DNA of 64,000 bases from NCBI GenBank assembly GCA_052279835.1, contig CP181291.1:3200001-3264000 (forward strand), written 5' to 3'. Position 1 is the stretch's first letter. Every line of letters begins with the position of its first letter. Below the pieces are notes generated by a model. The model was not told the DNA's origin. It saw only the letters and a list, made by a program, of their open reading frames with translations, and ran no database searches. The position numbers were made by a program, and so were the translations under genes. This DNA comes from Microcoleus sp. (lineage in GTDB: Bacteria; Cyanobacteriota; Cyanobacteriia; Cyanobacteriales; Microcoleaceae). Positions 9,840 to 19,051 of the stretch are shown piece by piece.

Positions 9840-10214
9840 TCAAACCTTCGCAACCTCCACCAACTCAACAGCACTAACAGAACTTTCCTCTTCCCCTTCC
9901 TCCTCTTGAGCAACTGCAACGGTTAACTTCAATCCCAAAACCTTCAGCCAATTAGCCAAAGCATAAATAGTTGCCATTCCATTCTGTGACAGCAAACTAT
10001 CTAATTTTTCCAAGTGCAATTTAGCCTCATCTGCTGACATATTTGGTTCTCCAAGAGCCTCAAATACATCTCTGAACGCTTTTCGCATGATTCCTAATTC
10101 CAAATCGCCTGATTCTTCCTCAAATATCTCTGTGAGATAGCCAGCAGAATATGCCGGATTTTTGAGATTTGAAATTTTATAGGGGTGATAAGGTAAACTC
10201 TTAGGCATTGTCAT
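9840..10214 (-). CDS. Addiction-module antidote (HigA-like) copy 1
   Basis: AGGAG RBS before ATG 10214; LKNP.YSAGYL...RDVFEALG...LGLKLTV; directly downstream of toxin. Confidence 0.85.
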   Translation of the reverse strand: MTMPKSLPYHPYKISNLKNPAYSAGYLTEIFEEESGDLELGIMRKAFRDVFEALGEPNMSADEAKLHLEKLDSLLSQNGMATIYALANWLKVLGLKLTVAVAQEEEGEEESSVSAVELVEVAKV

Positions 10215-10218
10215 TGTC

Positions 10219-10545
10219 TTAACTCCTATAATCTGTCCAGTATTTTTGGGCATTGCGGATATCTTGCTCTTGAGTGCTTTTATCCCCACCTATCAACAAA
10301 AGTACAATTGTTTCTTCTACTTGTCCAAAATAGACCCGATAGCCAGGGCCGTAATTTATCCTCAACTCACAGACACCTTCTCCCACGGAACGATAATCTC
10401 CAAGATTGCCCTCCTGAACTCGATCGAGTCGCCCGTCAATCTTAAATTTTGCCTTGATATCGCGGAGGGAGTCAAGCCACTCCGAGAAAGGAACTTTCCC
10501 GTCTGGTGTCGTGTAACGCTGAATTTCCCTTGGTTGTACTTCCAT
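10219..10545 (-). CDS. RelE/ParE/HigB-family addiction-module toxin copy 1
   Basis: PFSEWLDSL, GNLGD..SVGEGV.ELRINYGPGYRVYF, GGDKSTQ..DI. Confidence 0.92.
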   Translation of the reverse strand: MEVQPREIQRYTTPDGKVPFSEWLDSLRDIKAKFKIDGRLDRVQEGNLGDYRSVGEGVCELRINYGPGYRVYFGQVEETIVLLLIGGDKSTQEQDIRNAQKYWTDYRS

Positions 10546-10586
10546 AAGTGCGATCGCAACTACTCGTAGATCATCATACGGGTGAT

Positions 10587-10607
10587 CCTCTCCGAGGGCT
10601 GCGCTAA
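10587..10607 (-). mobile_element. 21-nt SDR5-like insert in a degenerate HIP1 site
   Basis: GTGAT|CCTCTCCGAGGGCTGCGCTAA|CGC. Confidence 0.65.
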
Positions 10608-10616
10608 CGCCCAAAA

Positions 10617-10649
10617 TCAAACCTTACCAACTTGGGCCAACCCAGCACA
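10617..10649 (-). pseudogene. Relic 3' end of a fourth antitoxin gene
   Basis: minus strand reads CAGLAQVGKV* versus GAELVEVVKV* in copy 2; followed by the same post-stop sequence as intact copy 3. Confidence 0.6.
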
Positions 10650-10653
10650 ATTA

Positions 10654-10717
10654 GTAGGGTGCGTCAGTTGGGAAAACCCTAATTTTTCCGACTAACCTTA
10701 AGACTGACGCACCCTAC
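10654..10717. repeat. GTAG-type REP inverted pair (REPIN-like)
   Basis: GTAGGGTGCGTCAG ... CTGACGCACCCTAC, perfect 14-bp inverted ends. Confidence 0.8.
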
Positions 10718-10753
10718 AGGCTACAAGCTGCGATTAAAAAAAATCGCCCAAAA

Positions 10754-11122
10754 TCAAACCTTCACAACCTCCACCAACTCAGCACCAGCCAGAGAACTTT
10801 CCTCTTCCCCTTCATCTTCAGCAACCGCAACTGTTAACTTCAATCCCAGAGAATTCAGCCAATTAGCCAAAGCATAAATAGTCGCCATTCCATTCTGTGA
10901 CAGCAAACTATCTAATTTTTCCAAGTGCAATTTAGCGTCATCTGCTGACATATTTGGTTCTCCAAGAGCTTCAAATACATCTCTGAGCGCTTTTCGCATT
11001 ATTCCCGTCTCTAAATCACCCTCTTCTTCCTCAAATATCTCTGTGAGATAAGCCGCCGCAAATAAGGGATCTTTGAGAGATTTAATTTTCAAGGGATGGT
11101 AAGGTACACTTTCATTAGACAT
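10754..11122 (-). CDS. Addiction-module antidote copy 2
   Basis: paralog of copy 1; start MSNES overlaps the toxin stop; AGGAG upstream. Confidence 0.85.
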   Translation of the reverse strand: MSNESVPYHPLKIKSLKDPLFAAAYLTEIFEEEEGDLETGIMRKALRDVFEALGEPNMSADDAKLHLEKLDSLLSQNGMATIYALANWLNSLGLKLTVAVAEDEGEEESSLAGAELVEVVKV

Positions 11123-11453
11123 TTTTTCGACTCCTATATTCTGTCCAATATTTCTTGGCTTTGCTAATATCTTGCTCTTGAGTGCTTTTATCTCCGCCAC
11201 ACAGGAGAAGCACTATAGTTGTTTCTACTTGTCCAAAATAGACGCGGTAGCCCGGCCCAAAGTCAATTTTAAATTCCCAGACTCCCTCTCCGAGCGATCG
11301 AGCATCTCCCAGATTGCCATAGCTAACCCGCTCAAGTCTTCTTACAATCTTGGCTTTACCCTTAAAGTCTCGGAGAGATTCCAACCACTCCGAAAAAGGA
11401 ATTTTGCCATCCGGTATCTTGTACTGCTGAATATCCCTTGGTTGTACTTCCAT
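11115..11453 (-). CDS. RelE/HigB-family toxin copy 2
   Basis: MEVQPR, GNLGD, FGPGYRVYF, GGDKSTQ. Confidence 0.92.
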   Translation of the reverse strand: MEVQPRDIQQYKIPDGKIPFSEWLESLRDFKGKAKIVRRLERVSYGNLGDARSLGEGVWEFKIDFGPGYRVYFGQVETTIVLLLCGGDKSTQEQDISKAKKYWTEYRSRKNV

Positions 11454-11494
11454 AAGTGCGATCGCAACTACTCACCAATCATAATATGGGCGAT

Positions 11495-11515
11495 CCTCTC
11501 CGAGGGCTGCGCTAA
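11495..11515 (-). mobile_element. 21-nt SDR5-like insert in HIP1
   Basis: GCGAT|CCTCTCCGAGGGCTGCGCTAA|CGC; removing the insert restores GCGATCGC. Confidence 0.75.
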
Positions 11516-11524
11516 CGCCCAAAA

Positions 11525-11893
11525 TCAAACCTTAGCAACCTCCACCAACTCAACAGCACTAACAGCACTTGACTCTTCCCCTTCATCCTCAGCAACCGCA
11601 ACAGATAACTTCAATCCCAAAACCTTCAGCCAATTAGCCAAAGCATAAATAGTCACAATCCCGGATTGCGGCAACAAAACATCTAATTTTTCCAGATACA
11701 ATTTCGCATCCTCCGCAGACATAATTGGTTCTCCAAGAGCTTCAAATACATCTCTCAGAACTTGTCGCATTATTCCCATCTCTAAATCGCCTTCTTCCTC
11801 TTCATCAAAAATCAGTGACAGGTAAGCAGCAGAATAGTTGGGATCTTTAAGATTGGAAATTTTAGAGTCATGATAGCTATCACTGGTCGGCAC
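11525..11893 (-). CDS. Addiction-module antidote copy 3
   Basis: paralog; probable GTG start (MPTSDSYH), alternative ATG at 11908. Confidence 0.8.
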   Translation of the reverse strand: MPTSDSYHDSKISNLKDPNYSAAYLSLIFDEEEEGDLEMGIMRQVLRDVFEALGEPIMSAEDAKLYLEKLDVLLPQSGIVTIYALANWLKVLGLKLSVAVAEDEGEESSAVSAVELVEVAKV

Positions 11894-12224
11894 TTTCGCG
11901 TATTTCATAATCTTTCCAGTATTCCTTAGCTCTAACAATGTCTTGGTCTTGAGTGCTTTTATCCCCAGCACACAGAATAAGCACAATAGTGACTCCTGCT
12001 TGTCCAAAGTAGACTCGGTAGCCAGGCCCATAGTCAATTTTTAACTCGTAGACTCCTTCGCCAACTGAGCGACAGTCCCCTAAATTGCCATTTCTAACCC
12101 GCAGAAGCCTCTTATCAATTCTAATTTTAGCGTTAACATCTCGCAGGGCAGCCAACCATTCCGCAAAAGGAACTGTGCCGTTTGGTTTGATATAACGTCG
12201 AATTTCCCTCGGCTGTACTTCCAT
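11880..12224 (-). CDS. RelE/HigB-family toxin copy 3
   Basis: MEVQPR, GNLGD, YGPGYRVYF, AGDKSTQ. Confidence 0.92.
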   Translation of the reverse strand: MEVQPREIRRYIKPNGTVPFAEWLAALRDVNAKIRIDKRLLRVRNGNLGDCRSVGEGVYELKIDYGPGYRVYFGQAGVTIVLILCAGDKSTQDQDIVRAKEYWKDYEIRESADQ

Positions 12225-12444
12225 AACCTTTAGTCTTGGACGGATCAAGAACATAATTATGTCATTCTGAGGGAACCGAAGAATCTTAGATCCTAACAAC
12301 AGCCTAGAGGCTGCGTCCAGGAGTAACCTTGATTCTAGCGACGATCGCCCTCGAATATTACAGCCACCCGATCGCCCCTTGACTTAATGCGCTATAATTA
12401 TTAAGAAATCTTTAGTTAAATCCGTTTAACGTCCCAGACGCATT

Positions 12445-14235
12445 ATGAGTCTTCCCATTCGCAACGTTGCTATCATTGCTCACGTCGATCACGGCAAAAC
12501 CACCCTTGTGGACGCTCTCCTCAGACAGTCCGGGGTCTTCCGCGAAGGGGAAGAAGTCCCAGATTGCGTCATGGACTCCAACGACATCGAGCGCGAGCGT
12601 GGCATCACCATCCTGTCCAAAAATACCGCCGTCAGGTACGGAGAAACCCTGATTAACATCGTCGATACCCCCGGACACGCCGACTTCGGTGGCGAAGTTG
12701 AACGAGTTCTCGGCATGGTAGACGGTTGTTTGCTGATCGTAGACGCCAACGAAGGCCCGATGCCACAAACCCGGTTCGTCCTCAAAAAAGCCCTGGAAAA
12801 GGGATTGCGCCCGATCGTCTTTGTGAATAAAATCGATCGCGATCGAGCAGACCCCCACAAAGCAGTTGATAAAGTTTTAGACTTGTTCTTAGAACTAGGT
12901 GCTGACGACGATCAGTGTGAATTTCCCTATCTCTTCGGTTCCGGCTTAAGCGGTTACGCCAAAAAAAGCCTCGAAGACGAAGGGGTAGATATGAAGCCCC
13001 TCTTTGAAGAAATCCTCGACCACGTACCACCCCCCGTCGGCGACCCCAACAAGCCACTACAACTGCAAGTAACCACCTTAGATTACTCCGAATACGTCGG
13101 TCGCATCGTCATCGGCCGCATCCACAACGGCACAATTAGAGTCGGTCAACAAGCAGTCTTGATCACCGAAAGCGGCGCGCTTGTCAAATCCAAAATCAGT
13201 AAATTGATGGGCTTTGAAGGCCTGAAACGGATTGATATCGCAGAATCTTCTGCTGGTAATCTCGTCGCCGTGGCTGGTTTTGCTGATGCCTATATTGGCG
13301 AGACAATTACCTGTCCCAACGACCCGCAAGCGCTACCTTTAATTAAGGTAGACGAACCGACTTTGCAGATGACTTTCTCGGTGAACGACTCGCCATTCTG
13401 CGGTCAAGAAGGTACTTTGGTAACATCGCGACAAGTGCGCGATCGACTAATGCGAGAACTCCAAACCAACGTCGCTTTGCGCGTCGAAGAAACCGACTCC
13501 CCCGACAAATTTCTCGTATCCGGCCGTGGCGAACTCCACCTCGGAATCCTGATCGAAAATATGCGTCGCGAAGGATACGAATTCCAAGTATCTCAGCCGC
13601 AAGTAATCTTCCGCGAAGTCGGCGGTCGTCCCTGCGAACCCTTTGAATGTTTAGTATTAGACGTACCCGAAGAAGCCGTCGGTGGCTGCATCGAACGCCT
13701 CGGTCAGCGGAAAGCAGAAATGCAAGATATGCACGTCAGCAGCACCGGCCGCACCCAAATCGAATTTTCAGTCCCCGCTCGCGGTTTGATTGGATTCCGA
13801 GGCGAGTTTATGCGCTTGACTCGCGGCGCTGGAATTATGAACCACAGCTTCCTCGACTATCGCCCCCTCGGTGGAGAAATTGTCGCCCGTCGCAATGGAG
13901 TATTGATTTCCTTTGAAGAAGGAACTGCAACTACTTATTCACTGAAAAATGCTGAAGACCGTGGCGTATTTTTCATTACCCCCGGAACCAAGGTTTACAG
14001 AGGGATGATTATCGGAGAAAACAACCGAGATGACGACATGGAGCTGAATATTTGCAAGTCAAAGCAGTTGACAAACCACCGCGCATCTGGCGGTGAAGAA
14101 TTGGCACAATTGCAAGCACCAGTCGATATGAGTTTGGAGCGTGCTTTGGAGTACATCGGCCAGGATGAATTGGTGGAAGTAACACCGAAATCAATTCGCT
14201 TGCGGAAGGTTTCTAAGAAGTTAGTAAAACGCTAA
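12445..14235 (+). CDS. typA: Translational GTPase TypA/BipA
   Basis: [45 protein letters not shown]. Confidence 0.98.
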   Translation: MSLPIRNVAIIAHVDHGKTTLVDALLRQSGVFREGEEVPDCVMDSNDIERERGITILSKNTAVRYGETLINIVDTPGHADFGGEVERVLGMVDGCLLIVDANEGPMPQTRFVLKKALEKGLRPIVFVNKIDRDRADPHKAVDKVLDLFLELGADDDQCEFPYLFGSGLSGYAKKSLEDEGVDMKPLFEEILDHVPPPVGDPNKPLQLQVTTLDYSEYVGRIVIGRIHNGTIRVGQQAVLITESGALVKSKISKLMGFEGLKRIDIAESSAGNLVAVAGFADAYIGETITCPNDPQALPLIKVDEPTLQMTFSVNDSPFCGQEGTLVTSRQVRDRLMRELQTNVALRVEETDSPDKFLVSGRGELHLGILIENMRREGYEFQVSQPQVIFREVGGRPCEPFECLVLDVPEEAVGGCIERLGQRKAEMQDMHVSSTGRTQIEFSVPARGLIGFRGEFMRLTRGAGIMNHSFLDYRPLGGEIVARRNGVLISFEEGTATTYSLKNAEDRGVFFITPGTKVYRGMIIGENNRDDDMELNICKSKQLTNHRASGGEELAQLQAPVDMSLERALEYIGQDELVEVTPKSIRLRKVSKKLVKR

Positions 14236-14239
14236 AATC

Positions 14240-14272
14240 AGTCTAGGGTTGGCAATGTCAGCCCTAGACTTT
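14240..14272 (+). terminator. Hairpin terminator after typA
   Basis: AGTCTAGGG...CCCTAGACT followed by T residues. Confidence 0.65.
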
Positions 14273-14671
14273 CTCCTCAAGTCAACTTTTTTAAACAACT
14301 AGGTTGGGGAAAATCCAACCACCCATTTCAATATTTGTAGGGACTGGTTTTACAGATAATATTTAAGACTCACAAACAATCTATATAAACCAGGCGCCAC
14401 TAAGATTTTTGATGGTAGCAATTTGTGGGGTTCTGATATTTTGGGCGATCGCACAAAAGTTCGTAATTGCGCTTGACCGCTGAAGCTACTTAACCAGGGA
14501 CTACATTATATGACGACACAGATTTCCATGATGCTATGATATGTCAATTTCACAAAAAAGTCAAGTAAAATTGCTGTCATAATCTGCAAAGTTTTCTAAA
14601 CAAAACAAAGACAAATCAACCAGAATGGCTCTGATTGCTAACTCATAAGTAAGAACCCATAACTAATAACT

Positions 14672-15088
14672 ATGATTTTAGGTTTCGATCCAGGTAAAGA
14701 CAAGTGCGGTGTCGCCGTCATGGGTACAGATAATAATATCTCATACCATCAAGTTGTACCCTCAGAAAGTGCAATTTCGACTATTCAATCTCTCTGCGAA
14801 CAGTTTCCCATTGACTTATTGGTGATGGGAGATCAAACAACTTCTAAGAAATGGAAACAACAACTTACCCAGAGTTTGTCACCCTCCATCGTCATTACTC
14901 AGATTGATGAGAGATACAGCAGTTTAGAAGCAAAGGAACGTTACTGGCAAATGTACCCTGCGACGGGACTCAATCGCTTGATTCCCCTGGGGATGCGGAC
15001 TCCACCGCGACCCGTAGATGATATAGTGGCGATCGTCCTGATTGAACGGTATTTAAATCAGACTGGACCTACGCAACCGATACATTAA
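14672..15088 (+). CDS. YqgF/RuvX-like RNase H-fold nuclease
   Basis: ILGFDPGKDKCG, DERYSSLEA, VDDIVAIVL. Confidence 0.85.
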   Translation: MILGFDPGKDKCGVAVMGTDNNISYHQVVPSESAISTIQSLCEQFPIDLLVMGDQTTSKKWKQQLTQSLSPSIVITQIDERYSSLEAKERYWQMYPATGLNRLIPLGMRTPPRPVDDIVAIVLIERYLNQTGPTQPIH

Positions 15089-15107
15089 TTCCGAAAGCTT
15101 GGGATGC

Positions 15108-15212
15108 TATAGCAATCCTTGCAGGAGTCGTAAATATTTTTACCCCACCCCAACCCGGACCGCGAGTTCGGGGAGGGAGTAAGAAATTCACAAATGATTT
15201 AGGATTCCTATA
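15108..15212. mobile_element. MITE with TATAG(C/G)AATCCT terminal inverted repeats
   Basis: TATAGCAATCCT ... AGGATTCCTATA; a related right-end fragment lies at about 6145-6167. Confidence 0.6.
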
Positions 15213-15222
15213 TGTTTTCATT

Positions 15223-15346
15223 GGGTGCATCTCAATGAGTGCAAATATATTGGTACGATGCTCTAGCATGACCGCTGTAAATCTCTGGTTATCCCTAATA
15301 AATTGTCTGCGGTCATGCTTCGCCCTCACAAAATCGGGATGCTCCC
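15223..15346. repeat. Dispersed palindromic repeat/MITE family, copy A
   Basis: ends GGGTGCATCTC/GGGATGCTCCC; core TGTAAATCTCTGGTTATC.CTAATAAATTGTCTG between inverted arms; other copies at 48.1, 53.3 and 60.2 kb. Confidence 0.8.
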
Positions 15347-15349
15347 TTT

Positions 15350-16312
15350 TCATTGCAACCAATTCACCAGATTATCCACAGTATTAAAATCGAACAAAGA
15401 TTCCGTTAAACTATCTAACTGAGCACTGGACAACTGTAAAACTCTAGCTTGGATTGACTCGTCCAAAGTTCCGAGTTTTTGTGTGAGCAAACGCAACACC
15501 AGATTGCTTTTTCCCTGCTGCAACCCCTGCTGCAAACCCTGCTGTAACCCCTCCTGCAAACCCTGCTGTAACCCCTCCTGCAAACCCTGCTGCAACCCTG
15601 CTTCTAAAGCTTCTTCTCTAAACCTCTGTTGATCTTGGAAATAAAACATCTGCGCCTCCAATTCATCTAATTCCTGCCTGCTGAGATTTGTACTGTTAGC
15701 AATACTGAAAGCTTGCTGAATTGCTGAATTAGTTTGCAAGGATTCTGGAACCATTTCCAAACTGGGCGCTTCCTTGATAAAATAAATCCACTTGTCAGCC
15801 AGAGATTCTAACTCGGCAAGAGATTTATTGAATTTCGGTAATTCCACAAAAATTAGAGTCATCACCGGAAACAAATAATCAAAATGTTCTTCCTCTTCCC
15901 TAAAAGAAAAGCGAGAAATTACTTTGTTCGTGTTATTAAACAAAGTAAAATCAGTAATTGTCAAGGCAATTACCGGGTCTAATTGTAGGTATCCCTTGCC
16001 AGTCATCAGTTGATTTGCATAGGCTTTTGCTGCATTGTAGGCAATTCTTTTTTCAAAAGCTTTCACATTCAAAACTTGCATTTCGATGACAACAATCGTG
16101 CCGTTATCAAGAGTGGCTTTGACATCTAAGTAGGTGTCTTTCAAACCCATTAATTTTCCAGCTTGATAGGGGTCGATAATTTGCAAATCCTGAATAGTCG
16201 GATTGCCTTGATAAATCAAGCCATTGAGAAAACTAATCAGAATGGGTTTACTTTCGGCGGAAGCAAATATTTTTTTAAAGGCAAAATCTGTTCTAGGGTC
16301 AATAAAACTCAT
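15350..16312 (-). CDS. Rpn family PD-(D/E)XK nuclease/putative transposase with GLQQ repeats and DUF4351-like tail
   Basis: DPRTDFAFKKIF, LDVKA, IEMQV, FVELPKF, DKWIYF; 12-nt tandem repeats at about 15512-15600. Confidence 0.9.
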   Translation of the reverse strand: MSFIDPRTDFAFKKIFASAESKPILISFLNGLIYQGNPTIQDLQIIDPYQAGKLMGLKDTYLDVKATLDNGTIVVIEMQVLNVKAFEKRIAYNAAKAYANQLMTGKGYLQLDPVIALTITDFTLFNNTNKVISRFSFREEEEHFDYLFPVMTLIFVELPKFNKSLAELESLADKWIYFIKEAPSLEMVPESLQTNSAIQQAFSIANSTNLSRQELDELEAQMFYFQDQQRFREEALEAGLQQGLQEGLQQGLQEGLQQGLQQGLQQGKSNLVLRLLTQKLGTLDESIQARVLQLSSAQLDSLTESLFDFNTVDNLVNWLQ

Positions 16313-16416
16313 GGTTTTTAGCTCCTAATTTGTGTAACAACAAGTCCGCAAGGTTGGTAATCTGCCCTGGCGTAGGTTTATGATAAATTTCTGATAATTC
16401 CTGTGTCCCAGCCTTG

Positions 16417-16469
16417 GCGGTTGATATGTATCAAAAAATCGGGGGAGCGGTTGATATGTATCAAAAAAT
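16417..16469. promoter_or_regulatory. Duplicated 23-bp element containing palindrome TTGATA-N2-TATCAA upstream of rpn
   Basis: GCGGTTGATATGTATCAAAAAAT at 16417 and 16447. Confidence 0.45.
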
Positions 16470-16542
16470 AGGGAAAATAGAAAATATATATGATTTCCTT
16501 TTCCCCATTTTCAGGACTAAACTCCTGACTACTAACCTGTGA

Positions 16543-18132
16543 TTAACTAACCGATGTTAGCTCTTTTTCTTTAACTTCTACCGGGGCACTCAAAGCCTCT
16601 TCCAGGTCAGCACAACCCAATTTTTCCTCCAAAATAGCCATCACTTCTCTGCCGAAATCATTGGAATTTCGCTGCCAAGCTTCCAAACAAATTTGACCGA
16701 AAAACGAACCCAAAGGCTCAGGATTCCACAGCAATTTTCGTGCTGTCCAAGGCATCAAACTCATCGGGTCATAACCAGGTTGCAGAATCTCCTGTTTAAA
16801 AGCGTATTCTTCCAAAATGGTGTGGGGCTGTAACCCGATAAAGAAAATTGCTGGCTCTACTTTATCCGCTCCAAAAATCCGCTCCAATTCCCGGTGATAA
16901 GCAATGGTTTGGCGGATGGTTTCAAAGGTTTCATCCATCACATTAAAGGAGTAGTTTACGGAAACAACATCGTTGAAACCGGCGGCTTTTAAATCGCGGC
17001 AATTTTCCAAAACAACTCGCAAGTTATAACCCATACGCATTTTGCGAACTAATTCTTGGGAACCGCTGGTGATGCCGATTTCAAAGTAATTCATCCCCGT
17101 TTTTACCATCAAATCGCACAATTGTGGTGTGAGATTGTCCGCACGGATGTAAGCAGCCCAGTGGATGTCTGTCATGCCGGCGGCGATGATTTTTTGCAAG
17201 AGTTCAACGGCGTCATCAATGAATTTGCGGGCGGGGATAAATTGAGCGTCGGTAAACCAGAAGTTGCGGATACCTCGATCGTACAATTGTCTAATCTCCG
17301 CCACCACCTCATCCGCTGGATTGATCCGCACTTGCTTACCTTCAATCACCGTGTAAATACAGTAACAGCAGTTGTGAGGACAGCCGCGCTTGGTTTGGAC
17401 GCCGATGTAGAAGTCCCTATCCTGTAGATAATAGGAAAATTCGGGCCAAATGGTCTCGATGTACTGATAATTACAGGCAGTTTTCTCGATGTTGGCTGGC
17501 TTTTCGTGAATTAGTCGATCGCGCGGGACTGTCTCACCTACCACATAACACCTTTCCTGAGCTAAATCCTCGCCTTTAATCAACTTCTCCAGCAGCGCCT
17601 CGCCTTCCCCCACCGAAACCACAGTCCCCTTGGGTAAACTGCGTCCCAACTGCTCATAAAACACGCTCACAGCACCGCCACCGACGACTGCACGAGCTTC
17701 GGGACGGTATTTCCGGGCCCGATGCAATCCCCGCTTCACCAACCCCAAATTGCGCCAGAGTTCCGTATAGTAAGACACGGCTAAACGTAATCCTCCCAAT
17801 GCTCCCCGCATTTTAACCAGGGGATTGTTGGCGTAGTAAAACTCAAAGGCATTTTGCAGGGGATTGCCGCCTCTACCGCCGACTGGTGCGTAAATTTGAA
17901 TGTCTCGCCAGGAGAAAACTAGGAGGGTTGGTTGAAATTCATCGACGGCGGCGTCGAGAGCCTTGGCGTAATCTAAGGGCGGTACTGCACCCACATCGAA
18001 AATCCGTTGTTGGACATCGGGAAACAGCTTGTGGACGTGATCGGAAAGATACACAACTCCGATCGGGAAAATGGGATTACAAGGGAGGCGAACATACAGG
18101 ACTCGGTTTTCTCGGTTTTCCATGATTGCCAC
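16543..18132 (-). CDS. B12-binding radical SAM protein (PSII high-light acclimation, Slr0320-like)
   Basis: RLPCNPIFPIG; KRGCPHNCCYC cluster motif. Confidence 0.9.
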   Translation of the reverse strand: MAIMENRENRVLYVRLPCNPIFPIGVVYLSDHVHKLFPDVQQRIFDVGAVPPLDYAKALDAAVDEFQPTLLVFSWRDIQIYAPVGGRGGNPLQNAFEFYYANNPLVKMRGALGGLRLAVSYYTELWRNLGLVKRGLHRARKYRPEARAVVGGGAVSVFYEQLGRSLPKGTVVSVGEGEALLEKLIKGEDLAQERCYVVGETVPRDRLIHEKPANIEKTACNYQYIETIWPEFSYYLQDRDFYIGVQTKRGCPHNCCYCIYTVIEGKQVRINPADEVVAEIRQLYDRGIRNFWFTDAQFIPARKFIDDAVELLQKIIAAGMTDIHWAAYIRADNLTPQLCDLMVKTGMNYFEIGITSGSQELVRKMRMGYNLRVVLENCRDLKAAGFNDVVSVNYSFNVMDETFETIRQTIAYHRELERIFGADKVEPAIFFIGLQPHTILEEYAFKQEILQPGYDPMSLMPWTARKLLWNPEPLGSFFGQICLEAWQRNSNDFGREVMAILEEKLGCADLEEALSAPVEVKEKELTSVS

Positions 18133-18488
18133 ATCCTAAATTGCTAGTGTTTTCACTGTGTTAATATTCTTTTAATATAACTTTACAATCTCTCTAATTT
18201 TGGTAATTTAAGATTAAATATTTTAAAATTTTCCTAAGCGGAGTAAAGCTGAGCCTGTTGGTGTGGCTGAGTTGGAGGACGATAAAATACGGAATTTTTA
18301 ATTTAATTACAGCTAAGGTTGACAGAAAATTGACGATCGCACTTAATTTCGCGTTTTTTCTGCCTCTATCGGCACTATGGTCTCTTAAGGTGCTAGGGAA
18401 TTGGTAGTCCGCATTACAACAATGCGGGATCGCAAAGTGTTAATTTTGAAAGATAACGAAAACTTTTATCCAAGGCTCCCTACCAGTT

Positions 18489-18878
18489 ATGGCTCAAATT
18501 CTTGACCCACTACCCTCAGACGCCGATAGCAAAATTCTGTGCTGCTACGTCAACGCCACCAGTCAAATTCAAATTGCTCGCATCACCAACATTCCTAACT
18601 GGTATTTTGAACGAGTAGTATTTCCCGGACAGCGCTTAGTGTTTGAAGCAATGACAGCAGCAATGTTGGAAATTCACACTGGGATGATGGCGAGTGCAAT
18701 TTTGTCGGATACGATCCCTTGCGATCGCTTGCAGATTAATGAAGGCCCCTATTCTCCTATCAATGCTACCAGATCGAGACCGGAAAGTAAGCTCGATCGC
18801 GCCTCAACTACAGCCCGCCCCAAATCTAAAGAAATCTTAGAGCCTTTAACAGTACCGGCGTTAACAGCCGTCGATTAA
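18489..18878 (+). CDS. DUF1830 protein
   Basis: CCYVNATSQIQIARITNIPNWYFERVVFPGQRLVFEA. Confidence 0.9.
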   Translation: MAQILDPLPSDADSKILCCYVNATSQIQIARITNIPNWYFERVVFPGQRLVFEAMTAAMLEIHTGMMASAILSDTIPCDRLQINEGPYSPINATRSRPESKLDRASTTARPKSKEILEPLTVPALTAVD

Positions 18879-18957
18879 GCTAGTTCTCGGATTGGGGACT
18901 TTTCAGGGATCGGAAGTTAATAAATTTTTCATTTAACAAATAAACCTTGTACAAAAT

Positions 18958-18997
18958 CTGCTCTTACTCGATCTGAAATTGGTAAGAGCAGTTTTTT
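18958..18997 (+). terminator. Intrinsic terminator
   Basis: CTGCTCTTAC...GTAAGAGCAG followed by TTTTTT. Confidence 0.7.
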
Positions 18998-19051
18998 GTG
19001 CAGACCTTTGCTCGATCGCGGATAATCTTTCTATAAAACCCGTTCTTACCC

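Noticed and set aside
8989..12300. Integron cassette array
   Set aside because: No integrase and no convincing attC structure; tandem duplication explains the repeats
12412..13329. Antisense ORFs inside typA, and similar shadow ORFs elsewhere
   Set aside because: Opposite-strand shadows of well-supported genes
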